A stretch of 64,000 nucleotides of DNA from a virus (Duplodnaviria; Caudoviricetes). Where the stretch lies: the IMG/VR virus record IMGVR_UViG_3300023714_000001; one strand, 5' to 3'. Within the stretch, counting starts at the first letter, position 1; each line of letters starts with the position of its first letter. Both the position numbers and the translations under genes were made by a program. Of this stretch, positions 17,639 to 29,904 are shown in pieces. The notes below the pieces were generated by a model, which was not told the DNA's origin, made no database searches, and worked only from the letters and a program-made list of their open reading frames with translations.

Positions 17639-17881
17639 TTAGCCCAGTTCATTCATCACTTCCATGATGAAATCTACCAAGCCTTTCTCGTCAAGGTCAA
17701 TAACGTCATCCGGGACATAAAAGAAAATCTTTTCGTCTACAACTTGCGCCTCGTCTGACACATAAAAGCCTTCAGCGTCCATGAGAGATTTCTCTAAACT
17801 TTCTACGCTAACAAGTCTTTCCCCAAAGTCAGGGACGTTCAACAGTTTAGTTGGATACTCCTTACCATTAAATTTAATCAT
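17639..17881 (-). CDS. hypothetical protein (paralog of 17956..18192)
   Basis: Both contain KEYPTKxLN and SDEAQxVxEKxFF. Confidence 0.65.
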   Translation of the reverse strand: MIKFNGKEYPTKLLNVPDFGERLVSVESLEKSLMDAEGFYVSDEAQVVDEKIFFYVPDDVIDLDEKGLVDFIMEVMNELG

Positions 17882-17955
17882 CTTATCACCACCAATTCTT
17901 TAATACTAAATCAGCCAATACTATTTTTTGTTCACAAGTCTTAGCCCGGTTCATT

Positions 17956-18192
17956 TCATTGTTTCTTCGATAATCTTATTAGACTTTCTCTATTACGATT
18001 AATAATGTCGTCCAGGACATGGAAGAAAGTCTTTTCATTTACAATTTGTGCTTCATCGGACGCAAAGTTTTCCGCGTTAGAAAGAGATTTCCTTAAACAT
18101 TCCACATTGATAGGCTTCTCTTCAAAACAGGGGATATTTAGCTGTTTAGTTGGATATTCTTTGCTATTATTAATCATTGCTATTACCACCAA
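17956..18192 (-). pseudogene. diverged, possibly decaying tandem copy of 17639..17881
   Basis: Similar sequence with short deletions and an altered C-terminus. Confidence 0.4.
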
Positions 18193-18207
18193 TTTCTTAA
18201 AACTAGG

Positions 18208-18552
18208 TTATTGTAGCAACGCTCCCATCATTCTAGGACAAATCAGTACTCCCGTGTCTTCAGCGCGGTCATGCAAAATAAGGCTCAATGTCAGCAGACC
18301 CTCTATTGTGATGTTCTCCGCCCTTTCGACGGCAATAATATCCGCTCTTTGCCCACGCAAAGCCATAGGCAATGTCCGCTTAATCGGAATACAACTAATC
18401 GTATGCCTTCCCGTGGGAAGGTCTATTTTGTCGCGAATACTCTCAAGGAGAACCAGCGCCCTGCTATGAGGGCGCATTATATTGAGTTCAGTCTGAACTT
18501 TCTCAATAAGTTCTTCCCGAGATACATTGTTAGGCACAGTTACAATTTTCAT
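18208..18552 (-). CDS. hypothetical protein (paralog of 19064..19420)
   Basis: Both contain NNVSREELIEKVQTEL and GVLICP. Confidence 0.6.
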   Translation of the reverse strand: MKIVTVPNNVSREELIEKVQTELNIMRPHSRALVLLESIRDKIDLPTGRHTISCIPIKRTLPMALRGQRADIIAVERAENITIEGLLTLSLILHDRAEDTGVLICPRMMGALLQ

Positions 18553-19063
18553 ATTTCCTCCAAACTTTATGAGCATAACCGGTTAACAATATCCGCGCAG
18601 CAATATAAGCTTTTCTGCGTTTCGTCTTCATATGAACATAAGAGGGTGGCCGATTGTGAGCTATCACTCGTCTTACGCCTATCATTAAAGCATATATGCC
18701 CATTTCTCCAACATGACAACTTCTTCTTTCGAGCTTTAAGATATCCAGTCTGGCGCGTGTTTTCCACGACTTTATCACTTAATCATACCTCACTTTGATA
18801 CATCAATAGGATACGGCATAGGCATCCAACAGGCTATCTCTCTTGGATAAACAGTGTCATTTTCCTGATTAAGCCACCATTCCTTTTTTGCCTGTGGATC
18901 TTCGTATAACTCATAGTTGTTGTAATCGTAGAAACCTATCTCAACAACCAAAGATTCTGGAAAATCTTTTGCATTCTTTTTCCTCGCAAAGAGAATTGGA
19001 TGCGTTTCATCAAGATTTAAGTCCATTGGCGAGACAGTAGATGGATTCCAAAGAATCTTTAAA

Positions 19064-19420
19064 TTATCCATTAAGCATTTCCTCCAGCTCTGCCGGACAT
19101 ATTAATACTCCACGATCATCTGCATGGTCATTCAATATGGCAAGCGCTATTGCTATGGCTTCTTTAGGGAGTCGATATGTTGTTTCAATTGCAATAACGT
19201 CTGCCATTGCGCCGCGTAAAGCCGCAGACAAGGTTTGTCCAATTCGTGCATACCGAATTATATGCCCATCTATTTGAACTGTTTTACTACCATAAGGAGT
19301 AGTTTTGCCATCGAGAAGAACCAGCGCCTTACTATGAGGGTGCATTGCGCCAAGTTCTGTCTGAACCTTTTCAATAAGTTCCTCCCGAGATACATTATTT
19401 GAAACAGTTATGATTTTCAT
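19064..19420 (-). CDS. hypothetical protein (paralog of 18208..18552)
   Basis: MKIITVSNNVSREEL start. Confidence 0.6.
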   Translation of the reverse strand: MKIITVSNNVSREELIEKVQTELGAMHPHSKALVLLDGKTTPYGSKTVQIDGHIIRYARIGQTLSAALRGAMADVIAIETTYRLPKEAIAIALAILNDHADDRGVLICPAELEEMLNG

Positions 19421-19920
19421 TTTACAGCACTTTCTCCTGAGCTTCTTATACTGCTTCCAGCTCATTTTCTTTATACCATTCATAGTCAATACCATGAATG
19501 AGCTTATAGCAATATGAATCACCATTTAAATCTAGAATACGGCTGTATACTTCGCCGACATAGCCGGTCGCTTTTACACGAGCCGGCTGGTCGACTTCAA
19601 ATTTTGGCTTATTATTTTCTTGTGACATCCTGGGCTCCTGTTCATGACCCACTTCTACATGATATACACAGCCCATACGTTATACGATTCCGGGTCTGAT
19701 ATTCTATCTTCCTCAGAATTGTAATAACAAGTATGAACCGAACAGTTGACGCATAATTCTTCCATGCGTTCTTCGATTTCATTTGCCATGGAAACTGCAA
19801 TTTCTTCGCTGTCGCAAAGTATCTCATCACATTCGCTGTCGAACTTAGCTGTAGGGTATTTAACTACAATATCCTTTATTTCATTTACCCACTCTTTTGT
19901 TGCGTACATGAAATTCCTCC

Positions 19921-21849
19921 TTATTTCAGCATGCTCTCCAGTTCTTCGGGGCTGATGAGCTTCGTTCCAAGTTCACGAGCCTTCTTGGCCTTAGTACTTT
20001 GGCTGTTAACATCAGAGATAACCAAGTAATCAGTTTTACTATTGACAGAGGAACCTTCTTTGCCGCTCGCTGCTTCGATTTTCTCGACGTAGTAGCTGCG
20101 CGGATGCTCCATCTTGCCGGTCAGCACGAATACTTTGCCAACAAATTCACCTGCAGGAGTTTCCTGCTTTTGATATGGTGCGATAGTAACATACTCCTTC
20201 AGAGCAAAGTATGCCTCAGCAAAATCTTCACTTACCAGAGTCTCTGACACTTTCGGTCCGATTCCCTTAATTGTCGTGAAATAATCTGGCTTGGTATCTC
20301 TGCATCGTATGGCCATAGAGATGAGGAAATCCATATCGCCTTTGTACTCATCTGCCAGTTTCTTGCCAACATCATTGCCAATGCCGGGAATACACATCGC
20401 TTTAATGAAGCGCGGTAATTCCACATTTTCACGAGCATTCTGGATAGCATCACAAAGCTTTTGAGCTGATTTTTCGGCAAAGCCTGGTAAATCTTTAACA
20501 GCCCAGATATCCATAGCAAAAATGATATTCTGCTTATACTTTCTGGCAACATCTGGCCATTTTTCTACAATCTTACGGGCGGTCTGAATAGACAAGCCAG
20601 GGATGTCTAGCACATCTTTTTGACCGAGAAATGCGATATTTTGAGCAATACGTTCAGTACAGTCAGGATTCGTGCAGAACTGCTGGCCGTTGACTTCTTC
20701 TAAAGGTTCACCACAAGACGGACATACATCAAGCGCAATGTCCTTATCGCCCGGTTCCAACACCTTACACACGAAAGGTATTATTTGGTTCCTCTTTTCT
20801 ACGAGCACGCGAGAATTAAGTTTGAGCCCGATTTCCTTAATCCAAGCGCTATTGTGCAGGGACACACGAGTTACAGTTGTACCGTCAATTTCAACTGGAT
20901 CTATGATTGCTACAGGGGTGGCTTTATTGCGGCCCATCTGCCAGATAACGTCTCGTACAATAGTTTCTTTTTGCTCCTGGAGGCTCTTCCAGGCCACGGC
21001 ATTTTTGGGATGATGCCCGGTATAGCCAAACTTGGTTAGACTATCCTTCTGGCAACTCTTAACGACAATGCCATCAATTGGATAAGTTCCAAGGCTAACG
21101 ATATCGTTGTAGACCTGCTCAATACCCTCGATAGTTTCTTCGATGGTATCATATGCAAATGAGTCTGTAACCTTAAAGAGTGTACTGTCTTCTATGTAAT
21201 GGCGAACCTGTTCCGGCGTCATATCTTGGCCGGGCAGGTCATATACTATATAACTGAGTAAGTCCAGATATGGACTACGGTCTTTGCGACGAAGCAAGCC
21301 GGCTGCAGCATTACGCATATTTTTCATTGGCTCTTCGCCATCAGCTTCTAAAGCCACATTCAGGCGCTCGAAATTTGCTGGCGTGATAAATACTTCGCCC
21401 CGGATAGGATACAGTGGCACACCGACCTTTGCACGTAAAAGTTCATAAGCGGTGATGAAGTTTGGTAGAATCTCACCTATCTCGCCACCCAGACCACGAG
21501 TAACGTATTTATATGAACGGTCAGACTGAGGATATGCAACCACAGTCAAACCATCATACTTTGGCTGAATTTCTACCGGCCAAAGTTTTTTAATCTGTGC
21601 CTTCAAGTCGTCTTCACTGTCTACACCCTTGGTCCATTTACCCAAAGAAGTGACCGGTGTAGGGTGCCGGAACTTTTCAAAGCCATCGGAAGCACTGCCG
21701 GGAACGTAATTTAAATCCTCTGCGCCGTACTGGTCAATATAGCTGCGGCGCAATTGGTCATACTCTGCATCAGACATGGACGGATTGTCCAAGTCATAGT
21801 ATTCGTGGTCAGCCTGTTTAATGGCTGCCAAATGTTCTTTTCTAGTCAT
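19921..21849 (-). CDS. ligA: NAD-dependent DNA ligase
   Basis: KYDG adenylation motif, RGEV, RNAAAG, IDGIVVK, Zn finger, HhH repeats, C-terminal BRCT; start placed at MTRKE. Confidence 0.95.
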   Translation of the reverse strand: MTRKEHLAAIKQADHEYYDLDNPSMSDAEYDQLRRSYIDQYGAEDLNYVPGSASDGFEKFRHPTPVTSLGKWTKGVDSEDDLKAQIKKLWPVEIQPKYDGLTVVAYPQSDRSYKYVTRGLGGEIGEILPNFITAYELLRAKVGVPLYPIRGEVFITPANFERLNVALEADGEEPMKNMRNAAAGLLRRKDRSPYLDLLSYIVYDLPGQDMTPEQVRHYIEDSTLFKVTDSFAYDTIEETIEGIEQVYNDIVSLGTYPIDGIVVKSCQKDSLTKFGYTGHHPKNAVAWKSLQEQKETIVRDVIWQMGRNKATPVAIIDPVEIDGTTVTRVSLHNSAWIKEIGLKLNSRVLVEKRNQIIPFVCKVLEPGDKDIALDVCPSCGEPLEEVNGQQFCTNPDCTERIAQNIAFLGQKDVLDIPGLSIQTARKIVEKWPDVARKYKQNIIFAMDIWAVKDLPGFAEKSAQKLCDAIQNARENVELPRFIKAMCIPGIGNDVGKKLADEYKGDMDFLISMAIRCRDTKPDYFTTIKGIGPKVSETLVSEDFAEAYFALKEYVTIAPYQKQETPAGEFVGKVFVLTGKMEHPRSYYVEKIEAASGKEGSSVNSKTDYLVISDVNSQSTKAKKARELGTKLISPEELESMLK

Positions 21850-22252
21850 ATTTCTATCCTCATCCATTGATAACGATATCCCAGCCGTCGCCATATTCGG
21901 ATTTATGAAGCTCAATTATACAGAATTCTGGGTCATAGTTTTCAGTGTCTTCAAGATCTTGCTGGGCATGCCACCATACTTCATCATCATCAAGCGGCCC
22001 GTCGCCATCTCCGCCGCTCAAGAGGTTTGCAAATCCCAAGACAGGCTTACCATTGTAGCCTTTTTCAATCCAATCAAAAGCTGTATCAGGGTCAAATCTA
22101 TGGCGAATTATGCCGTCATCGCAGCTAAGTAATGCTTCTATGCCGTCAAAACCCACGGATTCTCCCAATTCATTCATCTTTTTCTGAAAATCTTTTAATG
22201 CTGACATGTCAACACTCCTTTTAAAAAATTATGATCAGATGTTCTTCTCTGG

Positions 22253-22750
22253 TCATATCCTGCCATTCCCTTTTCTATTGTACGGTTTTATACCAAACAA
22301 AGCTCGAAGCGCATCCGTAAAGCGCATGCCTTCTTCTACAGTTTCTAAACCTTTTTCGCTCTCATAAGCATCTTTGATAATCTTTTCGTAATACTGCCGA
22401 TCATTCGTCTGGGGTGATTTGTGTTCTTCACAATGCACGCTTCCACCCGCGCTGATGTCGCCATGTACCTGGCCGCCGACATGTACGCTACCACCAGCAT
22501 TAATATCAATAGCGTCACCACTGATTCTAACACTGCCGCCAGCATCCACACAGTTTACGTTACCATTGACAGATACGGAACCGGTTGTTTCGATGTTACT
22601 TACACTGCCTTCAACATGGATGTCAATATTCTTACCTTCAACAAATTCACCATCAATGGTCTGGCCGTTGATTACCACATTATTGCCATTGACGGATATA
22701 CTTCCCGAGCCAGGGTAGTTAAACTCATGGCCATTAATTGTTACTTTCAT
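22253..22750 (-). CDS. beta-solenoid repeat protein
   Basis: Repeated (A)GGSVxVxG units. Confidence 0.55.
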   Translation of the reverse strand: MKVTINGHEFNYPGSGSISVNGNNVVINGQTIDGEFVEGKNIDIHVEGSVSNIETTGSVSVNGNVNCVDAGGSVRISGDAIDINAGGSVHVGGQVHGDISAGGSVHCEEHKSPQTNDRQYYEKIIKDAYESEKGLETVEEGMRFTDALRALFGIKPYNRKGNGRI

Positions 22751-23042
22751 ATGTACCCCTTAAAGATGATTAAGCCATTCTTTGACTTCCGGGCTAAAAT
22801 TCAGCCCATATTCAGCGCTTATTTCACCGGCAAGATCTCCGTTATTGCGCATTTCTTCATTTTTTCTGCATTTCGCATCAGCTTCTTCTCTGGTCTTGTA
22901 ACAACCACCCTGGTTTATTCGTATTCTGTCTTCAAGATTATTTTTGAATGTAAACTCGCAGACTTCCCAAGGTTTGCTGCAGTACTTCGCAATCGTAAAA
23001 TATGTCTCGCCAATTTTTGGTGAAAATTTGTCTTTCGTCATG

Positions 23043-23717
23043 TTATCCTCCAAACTTAAAAAAGCGTTTGATGTCATCTTTTAGCCTGTTCATGGCAACG
23101 GCACGGTGACTGATTTTGTTCTTTTCTTCAGGAGAAATATCAGCTGCCGTTTTCTTATAGTCGTATTCCTTCAGATAAAAGTGCTTATCGAAGGAGAATC
23201 CGTTTGTACCAGAAGCAGCGTCTTTGAACTTGCCATACAGGCTGCCTATATTCGGGAACTCATAATTGCAAGCTACGCCAATGCTTTTGGGGACAACAAG
23301 TGTTACGGCGCAATAGTACTCAGCGTCGGATTCTGACAAGCCATTAAGATGGAGCAATTCGATGAGCTTCTTGTTCTTGTCATCGTCAGTTGGGTTAGGA
23401 TTAGTCTCCGTGGCAGCAAAGCGATGGGAATACAAGCCAGGTGCTCCGTTTAGCTCACTGACCAGCAATCCAGAATCGTCAGCGATACAGGGAATACCTG
23501 ATAGCTTGGCATAGTAAGCAGCTTTGATTTTTGCGTTGCCGGCAAATGTTTCCGCATTTTCTTCCGGTTCCTCAGGCAGATTGTTGCCGAAGAAGTCTTT
23601 AATAGAGACAATTTCTACAGGAATGTCCGAGAACAATTCCCGAAGTTCGTGAACCTTGCCTTTGTTGGATGTTGCCAACATAATCTTGGGGATATTTATA
23701 CCTTTAAACTTAATCAT
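23043..23717 (-). CDS. rdgB: non-canonical purine NTP pyrophosphatase (Ham1/ITPase)
   Basis: ATSNKGK, NAKIKA, ADDSGL, GAPGLYS, KNKISHR. Confidence 0.9.
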   Translation of the reverse strand: MIKFKGINIPKIMLATSNKGKVHELRELFSDIPVEIVSIKDFFGNNLPEEPEENAETFAGNAKIKAAYYAKLSGIPCIADDSGLLVSELNGAPGLYSHRFAATETNPNPTDDDKNKKLIELLHLNGLSESDAEYYCAVTLVVPKSIGVACNYEFPNIGSLYGKFKDAASGTNGFSFDKHFYLKEYDYKKTAADISPEEKNKISHRAVAMNRLKDDIKRFFKFGG

Positions 23718-24507
23718 TATCCAAAATCCTCATCTTACTTCATACTCTCCCCATGAGAACTCATAGCCGTTACTGCAGTAGTAAGCACCATCTTCAAGAC
23801 ATTTTTCGTAAGTTCGGTCGCCACTGTCAGTGAACCAGCTATCAAATTTGGTTTTATCTTCTCGCCGCAACCGGATAAAGGCTGCCCGTGACAGTCCCAT
23901 ATCGCTGGCAATCATATCCTCTACTTCAGCCATCATCTTTTCTTCGCTGTCAAAAAGAAGCGTAAAAATGCCTTCATAATTGCTGTTATTAAATCCACTT
24001 ATGGCATATACTGACATTATTTGATTCCCCTTTCTTACAGCCATGTGCCTTTTTCATTGAAGCGTTTGTCGATATCTTCTGCACTCATTCTATCTTCGTA
24101 CAGGTCTTCGATATCGTCCGGATAGATGGAAAGACAGCCTTCAGATGTCAGCATAGTTGCCGCTTCTTCTAAGACCTTCTGCTTCCCCGTCTTTTCCTGC
24201 GGTACACGTTCTCCCGGCCTGACGACGAATCTTTGTAGTCTCTCACGAGCTTCCTGGCATCTTTTGACCATGCCTTCATATGGGTCTGGTTCATTCTCTT
24301 TGTAGATAGAAGCCACATAATCACAGTCTTCGATATTGCTGCGTGCATCGAACAAGCTTTGCTTGAAGTCATCTGGATTATAGTCATCAATTTGAAAAAG
24401 CCGCAGAGTATCTTCGATAGATTTGTCAGATGGGTATTCTTCAGCTCGTGCTTCAATGACGATTTCGCCTTCTCGGTCAGCGTTGTGGAGCCTAAAAATA
24501 TATCCCA

Positions 24508-24948
24508 CTATATCATATCCTTTCCCACAATGAACTCTCTGCCATTGATGCTTTTGACGGCATATTTTTCATGTTCAACGTATTCGAAGTCGATTACTTC
24601 CGGCGTCAGCTCTTCTTTGCTCATCCAGCCACCGCCATATGCGGACGGCAGATGTAAAACAAGGTTGCCCTTTGTGTCATAGTGAACAATGTCACCTTCA
24701 ACCAGAGAACCATCCGTATTCCCCTTGGTTACTACCAACAAAGGAAAATAGCCAATATCCGTTTTATCTTTCTCCCAGGGGTATTTCAGTATCTCACCGC
24801 AGTGCGGGCAGCGATTGAGCTTGTTCTCCGGGCACTCAATGCCATAGACGTGATACGACTCCCGGCTTTCATCACCACATACTGGACATATCCATGCCGG
24901 GTCGCCGCCTGGGGTTATTGCACCTTTGACTTCTTTCCAGTCTTTCAT
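24508..24948 (-). CDS. zinc-ribbon protein
   Basis: CPVCG..CPHCG. Confidence 0.6.
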   Translation of the reverse strand: MKDWKEVKGAITPGGDPAWICPVCGDESRESYHVYGIECPENKLNRCPHCGEILKYPWEKDKTDIGYFPLLVVTKGNTDGSLVEGDIVHYDTKGNLVLHLPSAYGGGWMSKEELTPEVIDFEYVEHEKYAVKSINGREFIVGKDMI

Positions 24949-25552
24949 ACAGTCTCCTCATTTTCTTTCAGAAGGCGTACAGATATGATACTGTTCTTCA
25001 CTTGCTCTTCATTCTCAAATTCAATATCCCGAAGCCGGCCGGTATAAATATTGAACATAATGAGGTGATAGCACGGGCCATCTTTTTCCTTAGCTGTTTC
25101 TAATAGCTCATCGATGCCAAAATCCATTAAGTCAAGCATGCTACAGCCTTCGGATTTGCCTTTGATATATTCTACGCGGCGATAAACTTCGGACTGGATG
25201 ATAACTTCGATAGTATATGGCCCGATTATGCCGCTGTCCATATCAACATAATCAGCCGTAAGCTTATCTTTATTATCAAGATATTCCTGTGAATAGCCGA
25301 TACAGAAAGTATCTTCATACCTTCTTTCTTCGCCGGTTTCAGTATCCATATACCTTGCAGTATGAGTAATCTTGTCGCACTTTGTACATACGCCGCACGG
25401 CCCGATAATTTTCGGCTTGCCCTTGCCGTCAATGGGAATATGCTTTATATGCCGGCCATAGGCATAGCCATAATCAACCTTGGCTGTCAAATTGTCCCCA
25501 CAGGGAAAAATGATTTCTTTTTTCATTGTGCTCTCCTTCTAAGCCAATCGAA

Positions 25553-26350
25553 TTACAATTCCACGAGGTCTTCCAGCCCGTACGGATTTATAATCAACTC
25601 GTCATCCTGCTTGAAATAAGCAAGAATATGCTCCTTTGCAACCTTGGCCCTTAAGATAAATCCTTTTTTGTTTTCTTCTTCGAAGCGCTCCTTATACCGC
25701 AGAGCCACTTCTTTATTATTTGTCCAGGAAAGACCGATACGCGCCCGGCCCGGACTTACACCGCGATATACTGTCAATACGTCGGGCAGGCTTTGATAAT
25801 GCTTCAGTTCTTCCTTGTCCATGATGCAGTCTTTTTCCGCGTGTCTGAAAAGCATCACAGATGTTTCCTGAGTAATGCGTTCGTCCTGATTTGGATTTCC
25901 TTCTATTATCCAGCTTTTCTTCAGCATTCTGCCGTAATCAGCATCCGACAAATGTGGACATACGCAGTAGAACCAAACCATCTTATGAGGTTGTTCGATT
26001 TTATCGAATATCTCATCCAGGGTACTGTCTTCCGCAATCTCGGTAGAACAAGCAAGAATATTGTTGAAAAGAAAATGTACGGTTGCATACCGGACCTTTT
26101 TCATATTCGTCTTTTCTTCTTCCTTCTCGAAACGGTACTTCTGTTTGGCCTCCGGATATTTATCATGGTCAACTTCGCTCATGAACATCTGAAGCGGGCG
26201 GACATAAATTCCGAAGGCTCCGTAAAGAGCCTGATAACAAACCATGCGTTCATCTGTTTCGGTATGAATCACAGGACAAGCGATGATTTTGTAATCGTTG
26301 TTCTTAAAATGATGCCAGATTTCCCCGGCCTTTGGTAATTCTCGCGACAT
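25553..26350 (-). CDS. DUF1653 domain fused to an unknown domain
   Basis: [32 protein letters not shown]. Confidence 0.75.
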   Translation of the reverse strand: MSRELPKAGEIWHHFKNNDYKIIACPVIHTETDERMVCYQALYGAFGIYVRPLQMFMSEVDHDKYPEAKQKYRFEKEEEKTNMKKVRYATVHFLFNNILACSTEIAEDSTLDEIFDKIEQPHKMVWFYCVCPHLSDADYGRMLKKSWIIEGNPNQDERITQETSVMLFRHAEKDCIMDKEELKHYQSLPDVLTVYRGVSPGRARIGLSWTNNKEVALRYKERFEEENKKGFILRAKVAKEHILAYFKQDDELIINPYGLEDLVEL

Positions 26351-26382
26351 TGTTATGCTGTATCCTTTCTTAATTTTATTCT

Positions 26383-27264
26383 TTATCGCATTATGAGTTG
26401 GTTTCCGCCCGCCAAAAACTTTTGCATTGCGGACATGATGATATCGCTGATTTCACCAGAGAATAATTTTGCGATGGTCCCTTTACTTTTTACGGCAGTC
26501 TTGATTTTGACTTCCTCTTCGTTTTTGCCAATTCGTAGAAGCAGATAGTCAAGGGCGTCATAGAATGTGCCGATTTCATCAATCATGCCGTTTTCTTTTG
26601 CAAATTCCGCAGAAAATGGGCGGCCATCAAACAATGTGCAAGCCTCTCCTTCTGGGGTTAACCGGCGATTTTTAACCACCTCGTCGATGAAGATTTTATG
26701 TGTCTCGGCCGCATGCTGATGCAAGAACTCAGATTCTTCCTCGCTGAGTTCGCGGAACGGATTCCCGATATCCTTCATTTTACCAGCCTTGACCGTGACA
26801 TAATGAACGCCGACCTTTTCGGAAAGTCCTTTGTAGTTCGGCAACATCATGATAACACCGATACTGCCGGTCATTGATGTTCTGTTGGCAAAGATATAGT
26901 CGCAGGCCGATGCAATCCAGTAACCACCAGAACAGCATACATCCGCAATGGATGCCACTACAGGAATCCCGGCCCGTCTCACTTTGCCAATCATCATGGC
27001 AACTTCTTCAGATGTACCGGTTGTGCCGCCCGGAGTATTGAGGCGGATAATTATGCCGCTAACTTCTTCCGGCCCCTCTATTTCGGCCTTATGTAAAAAG
27101 TCGATAACTTTCTGCATATCCGTAGCTTTACCGCCAAGCGAACTACCGGGTGTTGCAGAAATTTCACCAAAGATATCCAGCACATAGATTTTACTCTTAC
27201 CAAAACTCATTATTTTCAAGCCTTTCTCGTAAAGATTATTACATTTAATTGCCTTTGTCTCCAA
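26383..27264 (-). CDS. sppA: S49 peptidase (SppA family)
   Basis: [27 protein letters not shown]. Confidence 0.88.
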   Translation of the reverse strand: METKAIKCNNLYEKGLKIMSFGKSKIYVLDIFGEISATPGSSLGGKATDMQKVIDFLHKAEIEGPEEVSGIIIRLNTPGGTTGTSEEVAMMIGKVRRAGIPVVASIADVCCSGGYWIASACDYIFANRTSMTGSIGVIMMLPNYKGLSEKVGVHYVTVKAGKMKDIGNPFRELSEEESEFLHQHAAETHKIFIDEVVKNRRLTPEGEACTLFDGRPFSAEFAKENGMIDEIGTFYDALDYLLLRIGKNEEEVKIKTAVKSKGTIAKLFSGEISDIIMSAMQKFLAGGNQLIMR

Positions 27265-28200
27265 GCCCTAAGATGACTGCTTCCTCTTCCTTATCTCCTT
27301 CGCGAAGGCAAACGAATCTGCCAAAAGCAGAATAAAAACTATCTTTTGCCAGTGCCTTATCCAGCTCCACCAATTTTGTTGGCGTTTTACCGAGGATATT
27401 GTCTTCGAGTTCTCCGATAACGGAGATATACACGCTCGTACAGCAAGGAAATTCCTTCCCGCCCCGAACCAGAGTGCTTTCCCTTGCTTTCGGAAAATTG
27501 ACGAAATAACTGATATTGCCGTCAGTACCAGTCAAAGGGTGGGCGTCCATAATATTTTCTACTTTGGCTTTTACCTTCTTAATCTCTTCTTTAGAGAAGA
27601 TATACGGGAACGTTCTGACCCGAATCATTCCCGATATCGTTACGTGCTTTTTGTGTTCCATCAGACGCCCCCTACCTTTCAACAATACTCTTTCAAGTCT
27701 GCCAAATACCTTCTCCGGTAACGTATCCCGACACATCGTAAAAAATCAATGATGCGTGAACCACCAGAAAACAAATCCGATACAGAAAATAAGCAACAGA
27801 ACAGGTGCAAGACATCCATCGGCTTTCTCCTGATCCTGTTTTACCCAGTCCTGTGCATCTTCATTGCCAAACAGTGCCATGATATTGACGAAGATAAAGA
27901 ATATGATTAAGACACCTATACCTCCGATAATCATTCGAATCACCTCCCTGTCCTATTTTACAATATCCTGCGCCTAGCCGCAATATTATGCAGCTATCGA
28001 ATCATTGCGGAGTTGTTCTCGCTCTCGATTCTTCTCAGCTTCCCTGTGTCTTCTTGCGACACAGCGCATCTCTTCTATTCTTGCTTCACAGCGCTGAAGT
28101 TTTCTTCCTTGTACAACAATATACATGGAAAGACATACAACTAAAAGAATCAAACAAATATTGAGCATAACCTCAAACTGAAGTACATTGTCGGTAATCA

Positions 28201-29145
28201 TCAAGCTACTCTCCTCCGATTTTTGTTTGTCAAATCCCACGCTTCATCGACCAAACCATAGCATCTATCGATACTATAGCTGTAGCTCGTTGCCGGATAA
28301 ATACGGAAAATCTTATCATACGGCAGCATAACTGGTTTTTCTAGCTCGATTTCGAGCGGGCCGCCGCCACCATTCCAGCTATCATAAAGTCCACACATGG
28401 TCATGGTCGGGATGTAAATATCCTTTTTATTCTGGACAATATCGATAAGCTGGCCGAGCGTAAAAGTCTTTAAAAAGACCAACGCCGGCATATGACTTGG
28501 CATATTCGCCAGTTCCTGAAATACACTGTTTAAGAAGCCATCTTTACGGAATGTTGAACTGTCTGTTTGTGTACACAGGAACTTGAGGAATTCTTCCTTG
28601 CTGTACCCTTGGGTTTCTGCCAGCCAAAGCAGTGACGCTTTTTCGGTTTCCTCAAAAATGTCATCCGGGTCATCAATCCATTCCGTTCTGCCATTATAAT
28701 GCGGGTACATGGCGTTACTGACAAAATCATAGTCGCTATCTCCCGTGTCCACGTAAATATCCACGCGTACGCGCTGCTGGAGAAAATGCTCGGTGGGATA
28801 AATGACATCGAGATTATCTCGAACGCATTCCTTAATATCATCCAGGTCTTCATCTGCCAATGCAGGAATCTCTTCCATGGCGTTTTTAGCAATCTCTTCA
28901 TACTCAACGCCATCATAGAGGCCGTACGCATAATACATCTTTTCATTAAAGGCTGTTCTTGGGTCTTCGTCTTCCAGAATCTCACGAATTGTGCTATCCT
29001 GCAGACAATCGTTATAATCTGCATACAATTCGTAGCTATGCGGATATTTAAGCTTTAGCCAATTTTTAATCAGCCCTTCTGCAACCATTCCATTTGTTTG
29101 CTGCATTTTGTTTCCCTCCTGCCCTGGGTTAGAGCCCTGCTCCAA
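28201..29145 (-). CDS. hypothetical acidic protein
   Basis: 314-aa ORF. Confidence 0.65.
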   Translation of the reverse strand: MEQGSNPGQEGNKMQQTNGMVAEGLIKNWLKLKYPHSYELYADYNDCLQDSTIREILEDEDPRTAFNEKMYYAYGLYDGVEYEEIAKNAMEEIPALADEDLDDIKECVRDNLDVIYPTEHFLQQRVRVDIYVDTGDSDYDFVSNAMYPHYNGRTEWIDDPDDIFEETEKASLLWLAETQGYSKEEFLKFLCTQTDSSTFRKDGFLNSVFQELANMPSHMPALVFLKTFTLGQLIDIVQNKKDIYIPTMTMCGLYDSWNGGGGPLEIELEKPVMLPYDKIFRIYPATSYSYSIDRCYGLVDEAWDLTNKNRRRVA

Positions 29146-29904
29146 TTAATATATTCAACGCGATTCGGATTGCTCTTTTCAAAATCATCTCGGTGCATAT
29201 TAATATGCCCGATAACCCGAATGGAGGCATGTTGCCGATCATGCTGCCGTGCTTCATCGGCAACTTTTTGGTTCGTGATAAAATGACAGAGCGGCCATGT
29301 GCTGAGGTTGTACTTTGCATAGCTTACCTTGCCACTCTTACTTACCTTGACAAGGCTATGGTCTCCTCCAAGCCAGTTTTTGTCTCCTGGCGAACGGGTT
29401 ACAATCCAATATCCATTGTGGCGCTGAAAATATGCGCCCAAGACTTCCACAATATCGCCTGTTACAATTTCTCTGCCGTTTACATCGATCATGCTGCTGT
29501 CTCCTGATTATTTTCACTTTTAATATTATAGAGCATAGTCAGTTCAGTATTAAATTTTTCATCTATAAACTTGGTTTCTTCGTTACCGTACTGGTAAATC
29601 AGTTGGTTATCCAATTCAATGAAAACCACTCGGCAGGCTGTGTGACGAAGGCTGCTATTAAAAGTCATGCCATATTGCATGAATGCCGGGTCACCATTTT
29701 TATCCACAATCGTTTCGCTGTATTCCGGTGTAATATGGAAGCCGCGCATATTGACCATCAGGTTAAACTTTTCTTTGTTCATTTGACGGGTGTACAGCTT
29801 AAATTCTCCACCATCATACGGACGTTCCATTGTTCTTACTACATACTTCATCTAGATCAACTTCCTTTCTTTTTTTTCACCCCCTACAAAAACATTCGTT
29901 GGGG

